Assembly (NCBI GenBank): GCA_011364965.1
Contig: RDOB01000008.1
Span: 55,468-119,467, forward strand
Direction of reading: 5' to 3'
DNA from: Candidatus Heimdallarchaeota archaeon
Lineage (GTDB): Archaea > Asgardarchaeota > Heimdallarchaeia > Hodarchaeales > Hodarchaeaceae
Length of the DNA: 64,000 nucleotides
Below the pieces are notes generated by a model. It had not been told where the DNA came from. It made no database searches and worked only from the letters and a program-made list of their open reading frames with translations. Position numbers and translations under genes: made by a program. Positions 37,862-51,200 of the stretch are shown piece after piece; position 1 is the first letter of the stretch; each line of letters starts with the position of its first letter.

Positions 37862-38018
37862 TTAGAATCACCATTTAATCTTATTAAAATTGCTATTAGT
37901 ATGAATAAGGCTTAAATATTTAAATTTTAATAGAATTTATTATGACTTCCATAACTAAATTTGTCAAATTAGATATAAACATCAGAAAAAGCAATATAAT
38001 AGTAAATAGCTTATATCC

Positions 38019-38840
38019 TCATTTTGGAGGACCATTGCGAATCCTTTCAAGAACAGTATCGAAATTCTTTGCAAACCACATGGATTCGATCCACCAGGTG
38101 GCTCCCGCCTCTTCAAAAGGTTGTACTATCTCTCTTCCTTTTTTAATATTACTTAATGGGGTTGTTCCTTCCACAATTATATCGAATGAATTTTTCAAAG
38201 ATCTTTTTACATCAATGAAATCTTTAATCTGTTTGATATGCTCTGGAGTCACTTCATCGAATTTTCCTTCCTGTGTTTTAATACTAGGAATAATACCATC
38301 AAATTTCAAAGCTCTTTGAATGGATTTCATACGAGGCCAAGCAGCAACAACCCAGATTGGAATGTTAGGTTTTTGAACTATTGAGGGAGGAGGTTCTCTC
38401 TTAAAAAATGAGGATTCGCGAATGTTGTAGTGTTTACCTGTAAAACTGAAGGATCCCTTCCATAATCTGGTAATGATTTCCAAACCTTCATCTAGTAATT
38501 CAGCTCGAGTTTTTCTATCGATTTCTTCTCCAAATTCTGCAAAACCTGTATCAATAGCTCCCAATGCAACAGAAAGATTAACACGTCCTTTTGAAATGTT
38601 GTCAAGAGTTATAAGCTCACTCGCTAATTTCCATGGTCTCATTCGAGAAACAGGTGTAATCATAGTGCCAATACGAATATCCTGAGTATTACATGCAATA
38701 GCTGAAAGGGTAACCCATGCATCAACACCATAAATGGGTTCCCACACAAAGAATCCGTCCCACCCAGCATTTTCTGCTTCCTGCGCAAATTCTATAGCTT
38801 TCAAAACATTTGCTTTAGGAAAAATAAACCCAAATTTCAT
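38019..38840 (-). CDS. LLM-class flavin-dependent oxidoreductase
   Basis: AENAGWDGFFVWE, DAWVTLSAIA, RPWKLA, LDNISKGR, LDEGLEII. Confidence 0.93.
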   Translation of the reverse strand: MKFGFIFPKANVLKAIEFAQEAENAGWDGFFVWEPIYGVDAWVTLSAIACNTQDIRIGTMITPVSRMRPWKLASELITLDNISKGRVNLSVALGAIDTGFAEFGEEIDRKTRAELLDEGLEIITRLWKGSFSFTGKHYNIRESSFFKREPPPSIVQKPNIPIWVVAAWPRMKSIQRALKFDGIIPSIKTQEGKFDEVTPEHIKQIKDFIDVKRSLKNSFDIIVEGTTPLSNIKKGREIVQPFEEAGATWWIESMWFAKNFDTVLERIRNGPPK

Positions 38841-39072
38841 AATATATCACCTAATAATAGTTATTTTCAAAGCCTGCAGCCATTTGACTTCAAATCATTG
38901 ACCATTCTTTTTAATCGTGATAAAATTAGTTGAATCATTTCTATAAAGAATTTCAACTAGAGGACAAAGTTTAAAATTCTTAAATAAAGTACATTAATGT
39001 TATAATGTAAGCACAACGGTCGTTTAAGCTGTACATCAGATAAGCTACTCAAATGAAGGAAGTGAAGCTCAA

Positions 39073-39684
39073 ATGAAGAAAAAATCGTCCTATAAGATGG
39101 CAAGTATTGCTATCGTATTTCTTCTGGTAGCAATAATGTTAGGGGCAGGAATAGCACCAGTAAGCGCTCGTGTACCTGGTCATATCGAATATAATCCCTC
39201 TTATTATAAAAGCGTACGACTATATCATAGAATTACAACAGGCGTAGTAGTTATCTGGGGGATTATCATACTTGATGTCTTTTATAATGGTCAAACAGGG
39301 CTGATTCATGTTACGGACGTCTGGTTTTATACATCAGTAGATTCATGGACAGCAATTGAAATAAAATTGGTAAACTGGATTCCAGTGCCTTTCCCGACAT
39401 ATGGAGAAGTAAAAACTGTGAAAATGCGTTGCTATATTGGTGGACAACTTGTTCATTCCTATAATGTGCACACATCTTCTACTTATATACGAGATGTTCA
39501 CAAAGAGCATGAATATTATTATCGACCTAGTAGTGAATTAACATCAATCTCTGCAAAGATTGAAGTTTCCTATGACTGTCGAGAGTATGGATTGGTCCCA
39601 TTGATTCCCATTCCACTTTATATGTGGCATTATGCTTCTGGAACCATGTCTACTACAACGGGAGCTTATGTCGTGTGGGATTAA
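39073..39684 (+). CDS. Secreted beta-rich hypothetical protein
   Basis: Classical signal peptide (MKKK...APVSA); aromatic- and beta-strand-rich; T-tract after the stop. Confidence 0.75.
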   Translation: MKKKSSYKMASIAIVFLLVAIMLGAGIAPVSARVPGHIEYNPSYYKSVRLYHRITTGVVVIWGIIILDVFYNGQTGLIHVTDVWFYTSVDSWTAIEIKLVNWIPVPFPTYGEVKTVKMRCYIGGQLVHSYNVHTSSTYIRDVHKEHEYYYRPSSELTSISAKIEVSYDCREYGLVPLIPIPLYMWHYASGTMSTTTGAYVVWD

Positions 39685-39807
39685 TAGCATTAGAATAGTT
39701 ATTAATCCTTTTTTTCAAAAAATAATGATTTAAGTGTGCAAACTTCTGTTTATACACTTTTGTATAGCTTTTATCAAAAAAGTTTACTTATTTAAGGAAC
39801 TTCAAAT

Positions 39808-40788
39808 ATGGAAATCTTTCCCCTCGCAGCTGAATCACTGGGTTCCAGAGGAATGTGCGTAGTTGTTAAAACACAGGATCAACAAATCTTAATAGATCCA
39901 TCAGTATCACTGGGACCATTAAGATATGGACTAAAACCTCATTTAAAGGAGATTGCAGCTGCTTATTTATCACGACAATTAATTCTAGAGGCTGTAAAGA
40001 GAAGCACCATCATTATACAAACCCATTACCATGGAGATCATTATACTTTAGGAATTGAACGGCCATACGAATTCACAGACCATAAAATTCAAGAGCAAGT
40101 CTATAATCACCCAAATATCATTATACTTGCGAAAGATCACAAAAAGAAAATAAATTATAATCAGAAGAAGCGAGCACACTGGCTATGGGAGAAAAATGTC
40201 AAGATCTATTCAGCAGATGCAAATAAATTTTTATATGGTAAGACACAAATTACATTTTCCCCTCCCTTACCTCATGGGGCAACAGGATCGCAATCGGGAT
40301 GGGTGATCTCTGTATTCATTGAAGATTTAGAGAGCTCAGTATTACTCACTTCTGATGTTCATGGACCCAGTAATGATGCTGCTCTCGAGTTTATCCTTGA
40401 AAATAATCCCAAGCATTTAATTTTAGATGGGCCCTCAACATATCATCCTAAACAGATGCAGGAGGAAACAGAAGCAGCATTTCGGAGATTACATCAGCTT
40501 CCTCACGAACACTATTATCTAGATCATCATTTCTTGCGCGATAGAAATTGGCCAGGAATTTTAGAAGAACAGAATTTAACTAAAAAGGCATTCCCCCTTT
40601 CGAGTTTAGTGATTAATACCCCTTTATGTCTGGAAAGCAGAAGAGATGAACTTCATGCCATGGAACCCATGAAAGGTCAATATCAAGATTTTTATTCCCT
40701 ATTTGAAGAAAAAAATGAAGCTATTTTGTCAATTATCAAAGACCGTGCCTCTACTCTCCCTTTTGCATTTCTGAAACAAGGTTTGTAA
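39808..40788 (+). CDS. MBL-fold metallo-hydrolase, archaeal UPF0282 family
   Basis: PLAAESLG.RGM, IDPSVSLGP.RYGL.PH, THYHGDH, PHG, SDVHGP, DHHFLRD. Confidence 0.9.
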   Translation: MEIFPLAAESLGSRGMCVVVKTQDQQILIDPSVSLGPLRYGLKPHLKEIAAAYLSRQLILEAVKRSTIIIQTHYHGDHYTLGIERPYEFTDHKIQEQVYNHPNIIILAKDHKKKINYNQKKRAHWLWEKNVKIYSADANKFLYGKTQITFSPPLPHGATGSQSGWVISVFIEDLESSVLLTSDVHGPSNDAALEFILENNPKHLILDGPSTYHPKQMQEETEAAFRRLHQLPHEHYYLDHHFLRDRNWPGILEEQNLTKKAFPLSSLVINTPLCLESRRDELHAMEPMKGQYQDFYSLFEEKNEAILSIIKDRASTLPFAFLKQGL

Positions 40789-40835
40789 AAAAAAAGTGAA
40801 TTTACATCCAATAGATCTGATAGCTTCTATCAACT

Positions 40836-42041
40836 CTAAAACTTATCAGGTTTCTTAACTTTAATGCCAAAAAATGGATGAAGCAGCTCAATTCGCTTGA
40901 TGAGGAACTCAAAAAACGAAAGAGAGACTATGAATGAACTAAGAACAACCACAGGTAGCTTAATTAGAATACTAGCATTCCATTGCACCACAAAAAACGC
41001 TATAATGAGGATAATTGGTTGGTGGACTAAATAAAATGGTAATATCGCTTCTTTCCAATACTGAAGCCAGGTATTACTGAAATCTAGAAACCTCATTCCA
41101 ATAAATAAAATGAAGGCAATCCAACACCACGTGGTAGCTGTTACTAAAATCCAGACGAGGTAGTATTCGGGGGTACTGGGCATGGTGGACCAAGCGAATG
41201 GATCACCTAATTCGAACATTAACAAAAGAATAATTGTAGATCCTAGTGCAATTGTCAAAAAGAGTACCCAATCTCTCTGAATACTCTTTATAATGCGTTC
41301 ATCAGCGAATAGGATGAACCCAATAAGGAAAAAACTAAATTGATAGAAAAAATCAGCCCAATCATGCTCAAGAGGGAATAAAGGACGAAAAATCAATTGA
41401 ACCAATAAAAGAGGAACAATTATTATTAGAATTCCTCCGCGATATACAGAAATTTTTGCTAGTCCTGAAATAACCTGTTTACCCGTATTTCCTTTCATCC
41501 AAAGGAAGATCGGAAGTCCAAGGATTGAGAATGAGAAAAGAAAGCCTAGAAACCATAGATGATAACCTAACGCTCCAAACCACATAGGACTGAAACCAGC
41601 ATTACGATTGAGAATAAACTCGAGAAATGATTCCTGTAGCGATCCTGTCAGAGTATTAAAATACCATTCCAAGTAGAGCATGATAGGAGTGAACAAGATG
41701 ACTCCAACAATATAGGGAATGAGAAGACGCTTGAAACGCTCCTCCACGTATTGTTGGCTACTACGACGGCGTAATGCAAGCCAACTCCCTGCTCCTGCCA
41801 ATAAGAAAAATAATTGCATTCCCCAAAGTGAGAAAAAAATAATAGCTATCGTTAATTCTAGACTTAACTCATTATTTTTGACATGCCAATAAGTTAAATC
41901 AAAAGGGTGAACAGCATGATAAAGAAAAACTCCTAGAATAGCCAACACTCGTAACCAATCTATATAATGTAACCGCGTTGATTTCTGGATACTAAATTTT
42001 AATTCCTGATCAATAACTTCGGATTGCATATTTATTACCAT
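40836..42041 (-). CDS. Acyltransferase family 3 (OpgC/MdoC-like)
   Basis: RLHYIDWLR, MQLFFLLAG, ERFKRLLIP, HLWFL, PFYLVHQ. Confidence 0.92.
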   Translation of the reverse strand: MVINMQSEVIDQELKFSIQKSTRLHYIDWLRVLAILGVFLYHAVHPFDLTYWHVKNNELSLELTIAIIFFSLWGMQLFFLLAGAGSWLALRRRSSQQYVEERFKRLLIPYIVGVILFTPIMLYLEWYFNTLTGSLQESFLEFILNRNAGFSPMWFGALGYHLWFLGFLFSFSILGLPIFLWMKGNTGKQVISGLAKISVYRGGILIIIVPLLLVQLIFRPLFPLEHDWADFFYQFSFFLIGFILFADERIIKSIQRDWVLFLTIALGSTIILLLMFELGDPFAWSTMPSTPEYYLVWILVTATTWCWIAFILFIGMRFLDFSNTWLQYWKEAILPFYLVHQPIILIIAFFVVQWNASILIKLPVVVLSSFIVSLSFFEFLIKRIELLHPFFGIKVKKPDKF

Positions 42042-42280
42042 TTTTTCAGGGATTTTAAGACCTATGGCCTAGAACAACGCAAAAAGTAGAAAACTTTAGC
42101 TTATGTCTGTTAAATAGATTTTTGAGTATTATTTTTATCTTCGTGACATTGCTATACTTGTGAAAGGTCTCCTTTGCATTTCTATTCTCTTATCTTATAA
42201 ATACCTATTGTTAACATGAAAGATAACACAAATAAGTGGTAACAAAGATATTAGAGTAAATATTTCTAATTTAAGGCTTT

Positions 42281-43207
42281 TTATGATTCGTAGTCTTTAT
42301 AATAGAGAGGTTTCAAAATCACTGTTGTACAATTTGCTTTCTCCGAAAATCCTGTTGCTTCCTCTAAACTGCCAATTGTAATATTACCAAGATTGGAAAG
42401 CGTAAATGGATAAGTATAATGCATTGGGATGGCGAATTTAAGGTCTGATGAATTTTTTAGGGATATAATTGCTTCTGCTGCTTCTTCTGCAGTCATCATA
42501 GCCAGTCCCATTACTGGAAGTAACGCAATGTCACAAGATATCAGATTCATTTCAGGAATGTGATCTGTATCCCCAGCATGATAAACACGGAGATCTCCAA
42601 AATCAATTATAACTCCTGTCCAGTTTATTTCAGGGGGATGCCATAATTGCCCGGGAAAACGATATTTATCAATATTATAGGCAGGAACGAATTCTAAGGT
42701 TACACCATGACTTTCTCTAATATCTCCAGGCTTGATACAGCAGATTTCCTTGACTGGTAATGATACAATGTCTTCAATAGAAATAGTTGAGACATTCTCC
42801 ATCTCTACGAGGAACGGAGTATATAGAATAGTATCATTTACTTTAGTAAGTTTCTTGATATCAGAAGCTGACAGGTGATCTGCGTGGCCATGAGACCCAA
42901 AAACGATATCTGCTTTGTCTGTTTCCTTAACCGGGATTTGATATGGATCAAGATATATAACCACATCTTGTGTTTTGAGCTTAAATCCCGCTGACCCCAA
43001 CCAAGTGATATTCACTCCTTTATAATAAAGGAAATATTCTCCGATCACTAATTCTGGAGTGGAAGGTTTAGGTCTATTTTCAATATCCAGATTAACAAAT
43101 ATTATTCCAATAACCACCCCGATCAGTATAATGGAAGCTATTCCCATTAAAATTCTTTTATTATCCAAAGTACCTACCTCTCGAAATTTAAATTCTATAT
43201 TAACCAC
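42281..43207 (-). CDS. MBL-fold metallo-hydrolase with N-terminal TM anchor
   Basis: WLGSAGF, DPY, SHGHADH, YHAGDT, IPMHY. Confidence 0.9.
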   Translation of the reverse strand: MVNIEFKFREVGTLDNKRILMGIASIILIGVVIGIIFVNLDIENRPKPSTPELVIGEYFLYYKGVNITWLGSAGFKLKTQDVVIYLDPYQIPVKETDKADIVFGSHGHADHLSASDIKKLTKVNDTILYTPFLVEMENVSTISIEDIVSLPVKEICCIKPGDIRESHGVTLEFVPAYNIDKYRFPGQLWHPPEINWTGVIIDFGDLRVYHAGDTDHIPEMNLISCDIALLPVMGLAMMTAEEAAEAIISLKNSSDLKFAIPMHYTYPFTLSNLGNITIGSLEEATGFSEKANCTTVILKPLYYKDYES

Positions 43208-43357
43208 ACTAAAGTTCTCGTAGATATGAATCGTGGAGAATCAATCTGCTATTCTCACAGATACTAGTTGATTCAAATTATATAAATAAATTTCCATAAT
43301 TTGGAACGAAACCTTTTATAGATTCAAGAGGAAATCCTTTGTTAAAATGATGATTAG

Positions 43358-43984
43358 TTGGTTTCGATGGATAAAACTTTAAAAAGGCAAGAATATTTAT
43401 CGACAAGATCTTTATTCAAAGCTGCAATCCGATTTCTCTTATTTCGGTATGGAGAGCTAACTGCAAAAGAGATACAGGAAAAATTTGGCTTAAAACGGCA
43501 AACGACATATAATTATCTTAAAGAATTAGCAGAAGAAAATAAAATTGAGGTCAAATATGAAAAAGTCCCAGATCGACCTAACCTAAGTGTGGCTATTTAT
43601 TCTTTCAACTGTCAACAGCTTTTATCACATACTGAGGACTCATTGACAGAAACTATAGCTAAAGAGGCTGAAGAGCATCTTTCAATTTCTATCAGGAGGA
43701 TGCATAATGCTATAGATTCTAGTCTGGGAGCATTATTGGAGCTAAAAGCAGCTTTCAATCGTATGTCAGATGAGGAAATCGAAAATTATGTTAAATGTGA
43801 TCCAATAGGTTGGGGTTTTTTCTCAATGACCCTTTTACTAACTGATACTGAATATAATGAATTAATAGAAGAATTTCAAACACTTATCAATAGATTGAAT
43901 CGAAAATGGACTGAAAAAAAGGAAAATCAAGTGTCTCATTCTGGCAATGTATTTACTTTTACTTTCTATAAGCGCCTTTCCTGA
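43358..43984 (+). CDS. Winged-HTH transcriptional regulator
   Basis: YGELTAKEIQEKFGLKRQTTYNYLKELAEENKI. Confidence 0.8.
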   Translation: MVSMDKTLKRQEYLSTRSLFKAAIRFLLFRYGELTAKEIQEKFGLKRQTTYNYLKELAEENKIEVKYEKVPDRPNLSVAIYSFNCQQLLSHTEDSLTETIAKEAEEHLSISIRRMHNAIDSSLGALLELKAAFNRMSDEEIENYVKCDPIGWGFFSMTLLLTDTEYNELIEEFQTLINRLNRKWTEKKENQVSHSGNVFTFTFYKRLS

Positions 43985-44030
43985 TGAGTGTATTGAAAAT
44001 AGATACTCTTCCTTGTTCATTTAGTAATTA

Positions 44031-44906
44031 TCATTCGAAGAGCTTGGGGATTAAGACAGGAGTCCTTTTCTTGTATTTCTCGTAGTCTTCTTGGCCGCCC
44101 CACTTCTCATCTGCATATTTCTCAAGTAAAGGAAGACCACTTACTTTCGTTATAAGTACTGTAACAAATACTGGAGAAACTAATGTAAGGAGTCTCCAAC
44201 CCTGAAGAGTAGGTAACGCAATTATCGAAATCCCAATCCAAAGGAGAATTTCACCGAAATAATTCGGATGTCGTGAGACGGACCACAAACCAGTATTAAT
44301 AAATTTTCCTTGGTTCAGAGGATCAGATCGAAATTTACTTTTTTGATAGTCAGCAATAGATTCAAAACCAAACCCTATGATCCAGATCACAAGACCTATA
44401 ATGGCAAAAACGTCAAAACCCACGCGTTGTTCTGCGGTTATCGCAGCTAATGCAGCAGCGATCGTAAAACTCACCCATAAACCCTGAAGAGTCCAAGTTA
44501 GTAGGAACCGTGAAACGGATTGCTTAATCTTTTTGAAACGTTTATCCTCGCCTTCCTTCAGAATTCGTTTGAATAGGTATATTCCCAGACGAATCGCCCA
44601 AAGTAAAACCAATATCATCAGTAAAATAGACCGTAGATCGATTTGTGGACTCGAGATAACAGCTAATATTATCACAGTAATGTAAGTAATAGACCCTGTC
44701 AGATCATAGAATTTTTCGGTTTTTTTGATATAAGCTGGTATGAAAGCAATCCATTGAATACCGAATGTAAGAATTAAACATAGTGTAAATAAGGGGATTC
44801 CCCCTAAAATTATTACTCCGCCTTGACTTCCAGCAAGAGCTAGAATCAAGGCAATGATGAAAATGATAAATATAACTATTAATGATTTGAGATCTTTCTG
44901 ATCCAT
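44031..44906 (-). CDS. DUF1295 (steroid 5-alpha-reductase-like) membrane protein
   Basis: FYDLTGS, WAIRLG, EDKRF, ADYQK, GLWSVSRHPNYFGE. Confidence 0.93.
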   Translation of the reverse strand: MDQKDLKSLIVIFIIFIIALILALAGSQGGVIILGGIPLFTLCLILTFGIQWIAFIPAYIKKTEKFYDLTGSITYITVIILAVISSPQIDLRSILLMILVLLWAIRLGIYLFKRILKEGEDKRFKKIKQSVSRFLLTWTLQGLWVSFTIAAALAAITAEQRVGFDVFAIIGLVIWIIGFGFESIADYQKSKFRSDPLNQGKFINTGLWSVSRHPNYFGEILLWIGISIIALPTLQGWRLLTLVSPVFVTVLITKVSGLPLLEKYADEKWGGQEDYEKYKKRTPVLIPKLFE

Positions 44907-45223
44907 TTCAAATTCCTATTTGCCAAATTATATATTTTATTAACATCTCTTACCAGCAATTTAAAATTTTATTTTCTTAATGTTTTGCGAAAAAAGCAAT
45001 CTTTCTCTCTGTCTTTTTCAGGTAAAATCTCCCTCTTCTCTTGTGATTATCTACACCAAAGGATTTTGTTTCATAATTTCGAAAAGATCTATAGCGTAAA
45101 TTTCTATTTGGGTAGGTTATTAAAGAATCGATATCTGGATTTCCATAATTGAAATTTTACACAACTGTAGTACTCTTATTATAAAATTAAAGAATTCTAC
45201 AACTGCGGAGTGTGAAATAAGGA

Positions 45224-48200
45224 TTGATATTGTATAAAAAATCAGATTTCCTGATTAGAGGGATTATTTTATTAAGTATTTTTCTAATTTTCAGCTTTTT
45301 TGATACTCAAGCACATAGCATACCTTTAAAGCCAGATATTGAAAGTAACCAATCTCCTAAGAGACTAATGGGTTTAGAAAAAAAAGTAAATCCAGTTACG
45401 TCGAGAATTATTAACTCAAAACCAGAAGATAATGCAGAGACAATATCTTCAGCTCTACTTTGCCCTAAGAAGAATAATCCAGAGAAAAATCACTCTTCAA
45501 ATACTGTAATAAAGACTGCAGCTGCCTTAGCAAAAGAAATAGGGATTCCATCGTCTTATTTTGATACAAATAGAATCCTTCAAATTACAAATGATAAACT
45601 CCATGTGGTAATTGGGTTTCATTCATCGTTTATTCTCGATTACTCCGATTATAAGTCGTATGTACTTGAATCAAACTTAAAAATAGTCCGAGCACTCCCC
45701 GAAATCAACGCGATTGTTGTAGAAGTGGACATATCAGCATTAAAATTATTTTTAAATTCTTGGAATAATCTACCTTTCATTCGGTATTTGGAACTTGCTC
45801 AAATAACGTCTGTTTCCGCAATAACCGATGATCCAGATTGGGACATCCAATATGGTCCACAAATAATTCAGACTGATCTTGCATGGGACATTCAAAAGGG
45901 GGATCCTAGTACAGTTTTAATAGCAGTTATTGATACGGGTATTGATTATACCCACCCTGACTTAGCAGATCAGTATATCACGGGAGGATATGATTATGTG
46001 AATAATGACTGGGATCCTATGGATGACCATAGCCATGGAACACATTGCGCAGGAACTATAGGAGCCACTATCAATAATTCAATAGGTATTGCGGGAGTGG
46101 CCAATGTTTCGATAATGGGGTATAAAGTATTCAATTCAGGGGGATTTGGATTTGATTACGACGCGGCCGATGCAATCATCAATGCAACGAACTTCGGAGC
46201 AGATATATTATCAAATAGCTATGGATTTCCCAGCTCAAACCCAGTACTAGCTGATGCGGTAGCATATGCTGCGGTACATGATGTTGTTATTGTAGTTTCT
46301 GCAGGGAATAGTGGCGCGCCAGTTTCAAGCTATCCTGCATTGTATCCTGAAACAATCACGGTGAGTGCAACTGATGATTCTGATACTCCAGCATCCTTCA
46401 CCAGCTATGGATCAGCAGTAGATGTAGCAGCTCCTGGGGTTGATATTTGGTCTACTTTACCAGTATCTATGGGAAATTACGGCTATAAAAGTGGTACTTC
46501 TATGGCTTGTCCCCATGTAGCGGGAGTCTGTGCACTAATTCGTGCACAATTCCCTTCATTTACTGCAGATCAAGTCCGACAGCATTTACGAATGAGCGCC
46601 GATGATCTAGGCTCCATAGGATGGGATGATTACTATGGTTATGGACGAGTGAATGCCTTTAAGGCTGTTCAACCCCCTCCCCAACACGAACTAGTTACTT
46701 ATCTCCATGGAAATCCTGAAGCGATACTCCCTGGAGAGACGATTAAACTAAACATTTCAGTTTATAATTATGGACAGGAAAATGAAACAGATATTCAATT
46801 ACAATTATGGATTAATGATACACTGATTGAAGAAAAAACCTTTACTACTCTAAATGTGGGCGATATTGGATCATTTAGTTATTCTTGGTCCCCCAGTCTT
46901 CTAGGAACTTATAATATAAGCGTCTATGCATCTCCTGTTCTAGATGAAACTTATACTGCCAATAATAGAATCATCAAGTATGTTTATGTCAGATATCCGA
47001 TTATATCTTATGATCTTGGGGATTTCATTGAGATGAATTTTGTGTCAGATGGAACTCCAATTATAAATTTCACCTACACAACAGAAATTGACCCAACTCA
47101 TATAAGGATAGACTTCGGAAATGGATATGATTGGTTCATTGTAAACACTCTCACTCGATATATCTCATCAGGGACAACATGGGTCGGTTACTATTATATG
47201 GGGCAGATTGAAACAGGATTAAAAATAGGTGACTCTGTAAAATGGTATGCAACAACGGGTATCGTTAACAATACAGTTTATTATAATTGGGATGGGATGT
47301 TATTAGAAGCATGGAATCTAACGATTGCAGAGGGCGTTTTTGCTTACTATCATAAAACAACAGGGATATGGTTATATTATAATGAATTTGGGACAGAAAT
47401 AGAAATGGTAAATACAAGTTTCATAGTCTGGCAACCTCCCGAACACGAGCTCCGTGCTTCTTTACGAGCTCCTGGAATCATACCTGTCAACAATGCCACT
47501 TTCGTTAATGTAACTGTTTATAATGAAGGACGCAACAATGAAACAAATGTAGAGGTTCAGCTATGGATCAATGATAGCATGGAGAGTTCTCAAATCTTTC
47601 TTTCAGTGAACTCAGGTACTGAAGTTACCCTCTCATATAGCTGGAGACCCCTTTTAAATGGAGTGTATAACATCACAGCTTATGTCATTCCTGTGGTTAA
47701 TGAAACACTCCTGTTCAATAATTTTGAAACTATTTTCTCATTAGTTCAAGAACCATCAGATTACCTTATTATCCAAGATGCAAACCCTTGGAACTTTGAT
47801 TGGACAACACTACTTGGGATTATTGGTATTACCTATGATATAGTGCCCTCAAATTCTTTTGGTGCAATGAATCTCTCTTTCTATGGACGTATAATTATCC
47901 CCTCGGATCAACCTCAAGAATTTTATACTCAAATTGAAAATCAAATGTCGATTCTTGAAGGATTTGTCCAGCAGGGAGGAATTCTTGAGGTTCATGCTAC
48001 CGATCAAGGAGAAAATGAGGGGATGTGGGAAGGATTCCTTCCTAATGGGATCAGTTATATCTCAGTGGAATCAAACAGTATAGAAGTTGAGGATCCAAGT
48101 AACCTGCTTCTCTTTCATCCATATGTGATCACTAAATATGATTTAAACGCTTGGGGACCTGCTGTAGGAGGGTACCTTGCGAATATAGGGAATGCTAATG

Positions 48201-51200
48201 TAATATTAACAAGCTTAAGTCAACCCATCATGATCGAACTTGCAGTAGGAGAAGGATATTATCTTATCACTACTCAGACTTTGGAATTGGGATATTCATA
48301 TGCTGAAAGTCGATTTTTCGAAAATCTCCTCCAATATAATCCTGCACCCCCACCTCACGAAATAGGAGTGGGGTTAGAATGTGCTTCTTTGCTTCCAAAT
48401 GGGACATCAGTTTTACTCAATGCAACATTGGCAAATCATGGTATTAGCACAGAGGCTAATGTCTACTTAGAGATCTGGATTAATGATACATTATATGTAA
48501 ATAACTCCTATCCGTCCTTAATAGGGATGTCAACAGAGTTAGTTCAATATGAATGGAACCCAATAAAGACAGGCTTCTATAATATCACAGTTTTCGCTCC
48601 TCCTGTGATAGGTGAAGTGACTACATTAAATAACTATTTAGAAGCATCGTGTCTGGTTAAATATCTTGTGAACTATACACTGTATGAAACAGAATTCGGT
48701 TGGTTTGATGCATATGCCAATGGATACAATACGAATCTAACGGGAGATGATACATATTATGCACTAAACTTGCCATTCCCATTCTTCTATTATGATGTAA
48801 ATTTCACAAGTATCTATATCAGCTCGAATGGATGGTTCTCATTTACTGATAGTAGCCCTACAACCTTTTCTAATCCAACTTTTCCTACTGCAAGCTTTCC
48901 ATACGCCATTGCAGTATTTTGGGATGATTTACAAGCGCAGGAAAATGTGTATATCTGGAATACAACCTCATTTGTTGCTATAGAATACCACAATTATAGC
49001 ACCCTTGGGGGAAGTGTGATCGGGAATTTTGAACTCATCCTTTTTGAGAATGGAACAATACTAATGCAATATCAAAATATTCTCCTTGATTTCGGAGCAA
49101 CTATTGGTTTAAACTATGGGGAAGACCAGAGCTATTATTCAGCCTATACTAAAGGAATATCAGGAGTTTCTGAGCTTAGATTGCTATTTACTAGTGAACC
49201 ATTGAAAAGACACGATTTAACTACTGAGATAGAAGCTCCTACGGGTATCCTCTATGATGAAATCATGTTGATCGTAATTAACGCCTCCGTCCACAATGCA
49301 GGTACGTACGATGAAAATGACATCGCATTTGAGCTATGGGTCAACTACACCCTTGTACTACAAGAAATTATCCCCTCTCTTCTAGTTGGAGAATCAACCA
49401 CATTCAGCTATGAATGGATTCCAACTACCAGAGGAGATTATAACATTACTTCGGTTGCTTTACCAGTAGAAAATGAGACTTTCACAGTAAATAATAGAGA
49501 AACCCGAACAGGTGTAATTGATGACCCTCGTCTTAATTTCTCATTGGGAGACTATATTGACTTTTACTTCACAATGGGAGGTGATCCTAGTCCTTACGCA
49601 ACTTTTACTTATATATCGATGTTAGATCTCGTTCATGTCTATGTAGAAGTGATTATTCTGGGTGGAATGGGTACAGAATGGATATCGATAAATATTGTTA
49701 ACAGATTAATAGAAGATGGGTCAATATGGGTAGGAATGTACGCTTTCCACCATATTGAAACCGATATAGCTCTTGGAGATACAGTGAAATGGATGGAAGG
49801 AGATGGAACTGTGACTGGAACAGTTTGGCATGCCTGGAATGGAGCTACTTTAGAAGCTTGGAATATCTCACTGAATGAACCTTCTTCAAGCTATTATGCA
49901 TATTATGATAAGATTTCAGGAGTAATACTCTATTTGAAGGACACAGAGAGCGGAATAAGTATGTTTATCGTCGATACAACAATGATCGAATTATATGCAC
50001 CAATAATCAGTAGTGTTTATCCAAGCTCAGGTGATTTTGTTACTGGAGTAATCACAATTACTTGGACAGCAACTGATCCAGATAACGGGACATTACATTA
50101 CACGCTAAACTATTGGAATGGTACGGAATGGATAAATTTAGAAACAGGGCAATTGACCTCAGTTTATATCTGGGATACTACAGTTCTCGCGGATGGAGAT
50201 TTCTATCGACTGCAACTAATTGTAAGTGATGGATACTTTAGTCAAGAAAATATTACTGCTACTTCATTCACAGTAACTAATCAAGCTGAACCCCCCACTG
50301 TACATCTACTCTATCCGAACGGAGGGGAAGTACTTAATGGACAAGTTATTATTAGCTGGAGTGCAACTGATCCTCAAAGTATAACTCTTAATTTTATACT
50401 GTATTACTGGGATGGGGATGACTGGATACTCATTGCAAGTAATATTGGTAATTCATATTATAACTGGGATACCACAACTGTAGAAGATGGTAATTCATAT
50501 TCCATTCGAATAATTGCTAGTAATGGCATCTTATCAGCAGAGGATCAATCCAATTCAAGCTTTACAATCAATAATCCTAATGCTCCAATAGTTCAATTGG
50601 GATATCCTATTGAAGAAGGACCTTATAATGGAACAATAATTATCACGTGGATTGCAACTGATCTTGATGGGGATATTTTAATATTTACTCTTTATTATTG
50701 GAACAGCACATCATGGGTGGAAATTGAGAGTGGTATCACAGGTACGAGCTATCAATGGGACAGCACAACTGTAACTGATGGAGAGGACTATTTAATTCGG
50801 ATTGTAGGCACTGATGGCAGCTTAACAGGAGAAAGTCAATCAGTTGTACCATTTATAATCAATAATCCTGACCCTCCAACTGTGCAGCTGCTAACTCCAC
50901 AGACGGAAGGACCATTTAACGAAACCATTTTAATCACCTGGAATGCAAACGATCTCGATAATGAAACGTTAGTTTACACGCTTTCTTACTGGGATGGTAG
51001 TAACTGGATTGAAATTATTACAGGCCTCACTAGTGAATCATATACCTGGAATGTCTCGACTCTTCCCAATGGAGACCACTATCAACTACGTATTGTAGCC
51101 AGTGACGGTACTCTGACCTGTGAGGCTATTTCATCAACTACTTTTGAAATCTATAACGAATCCTTTACCAGTTCCTCGAATCTCACAACGAATCCAATAA

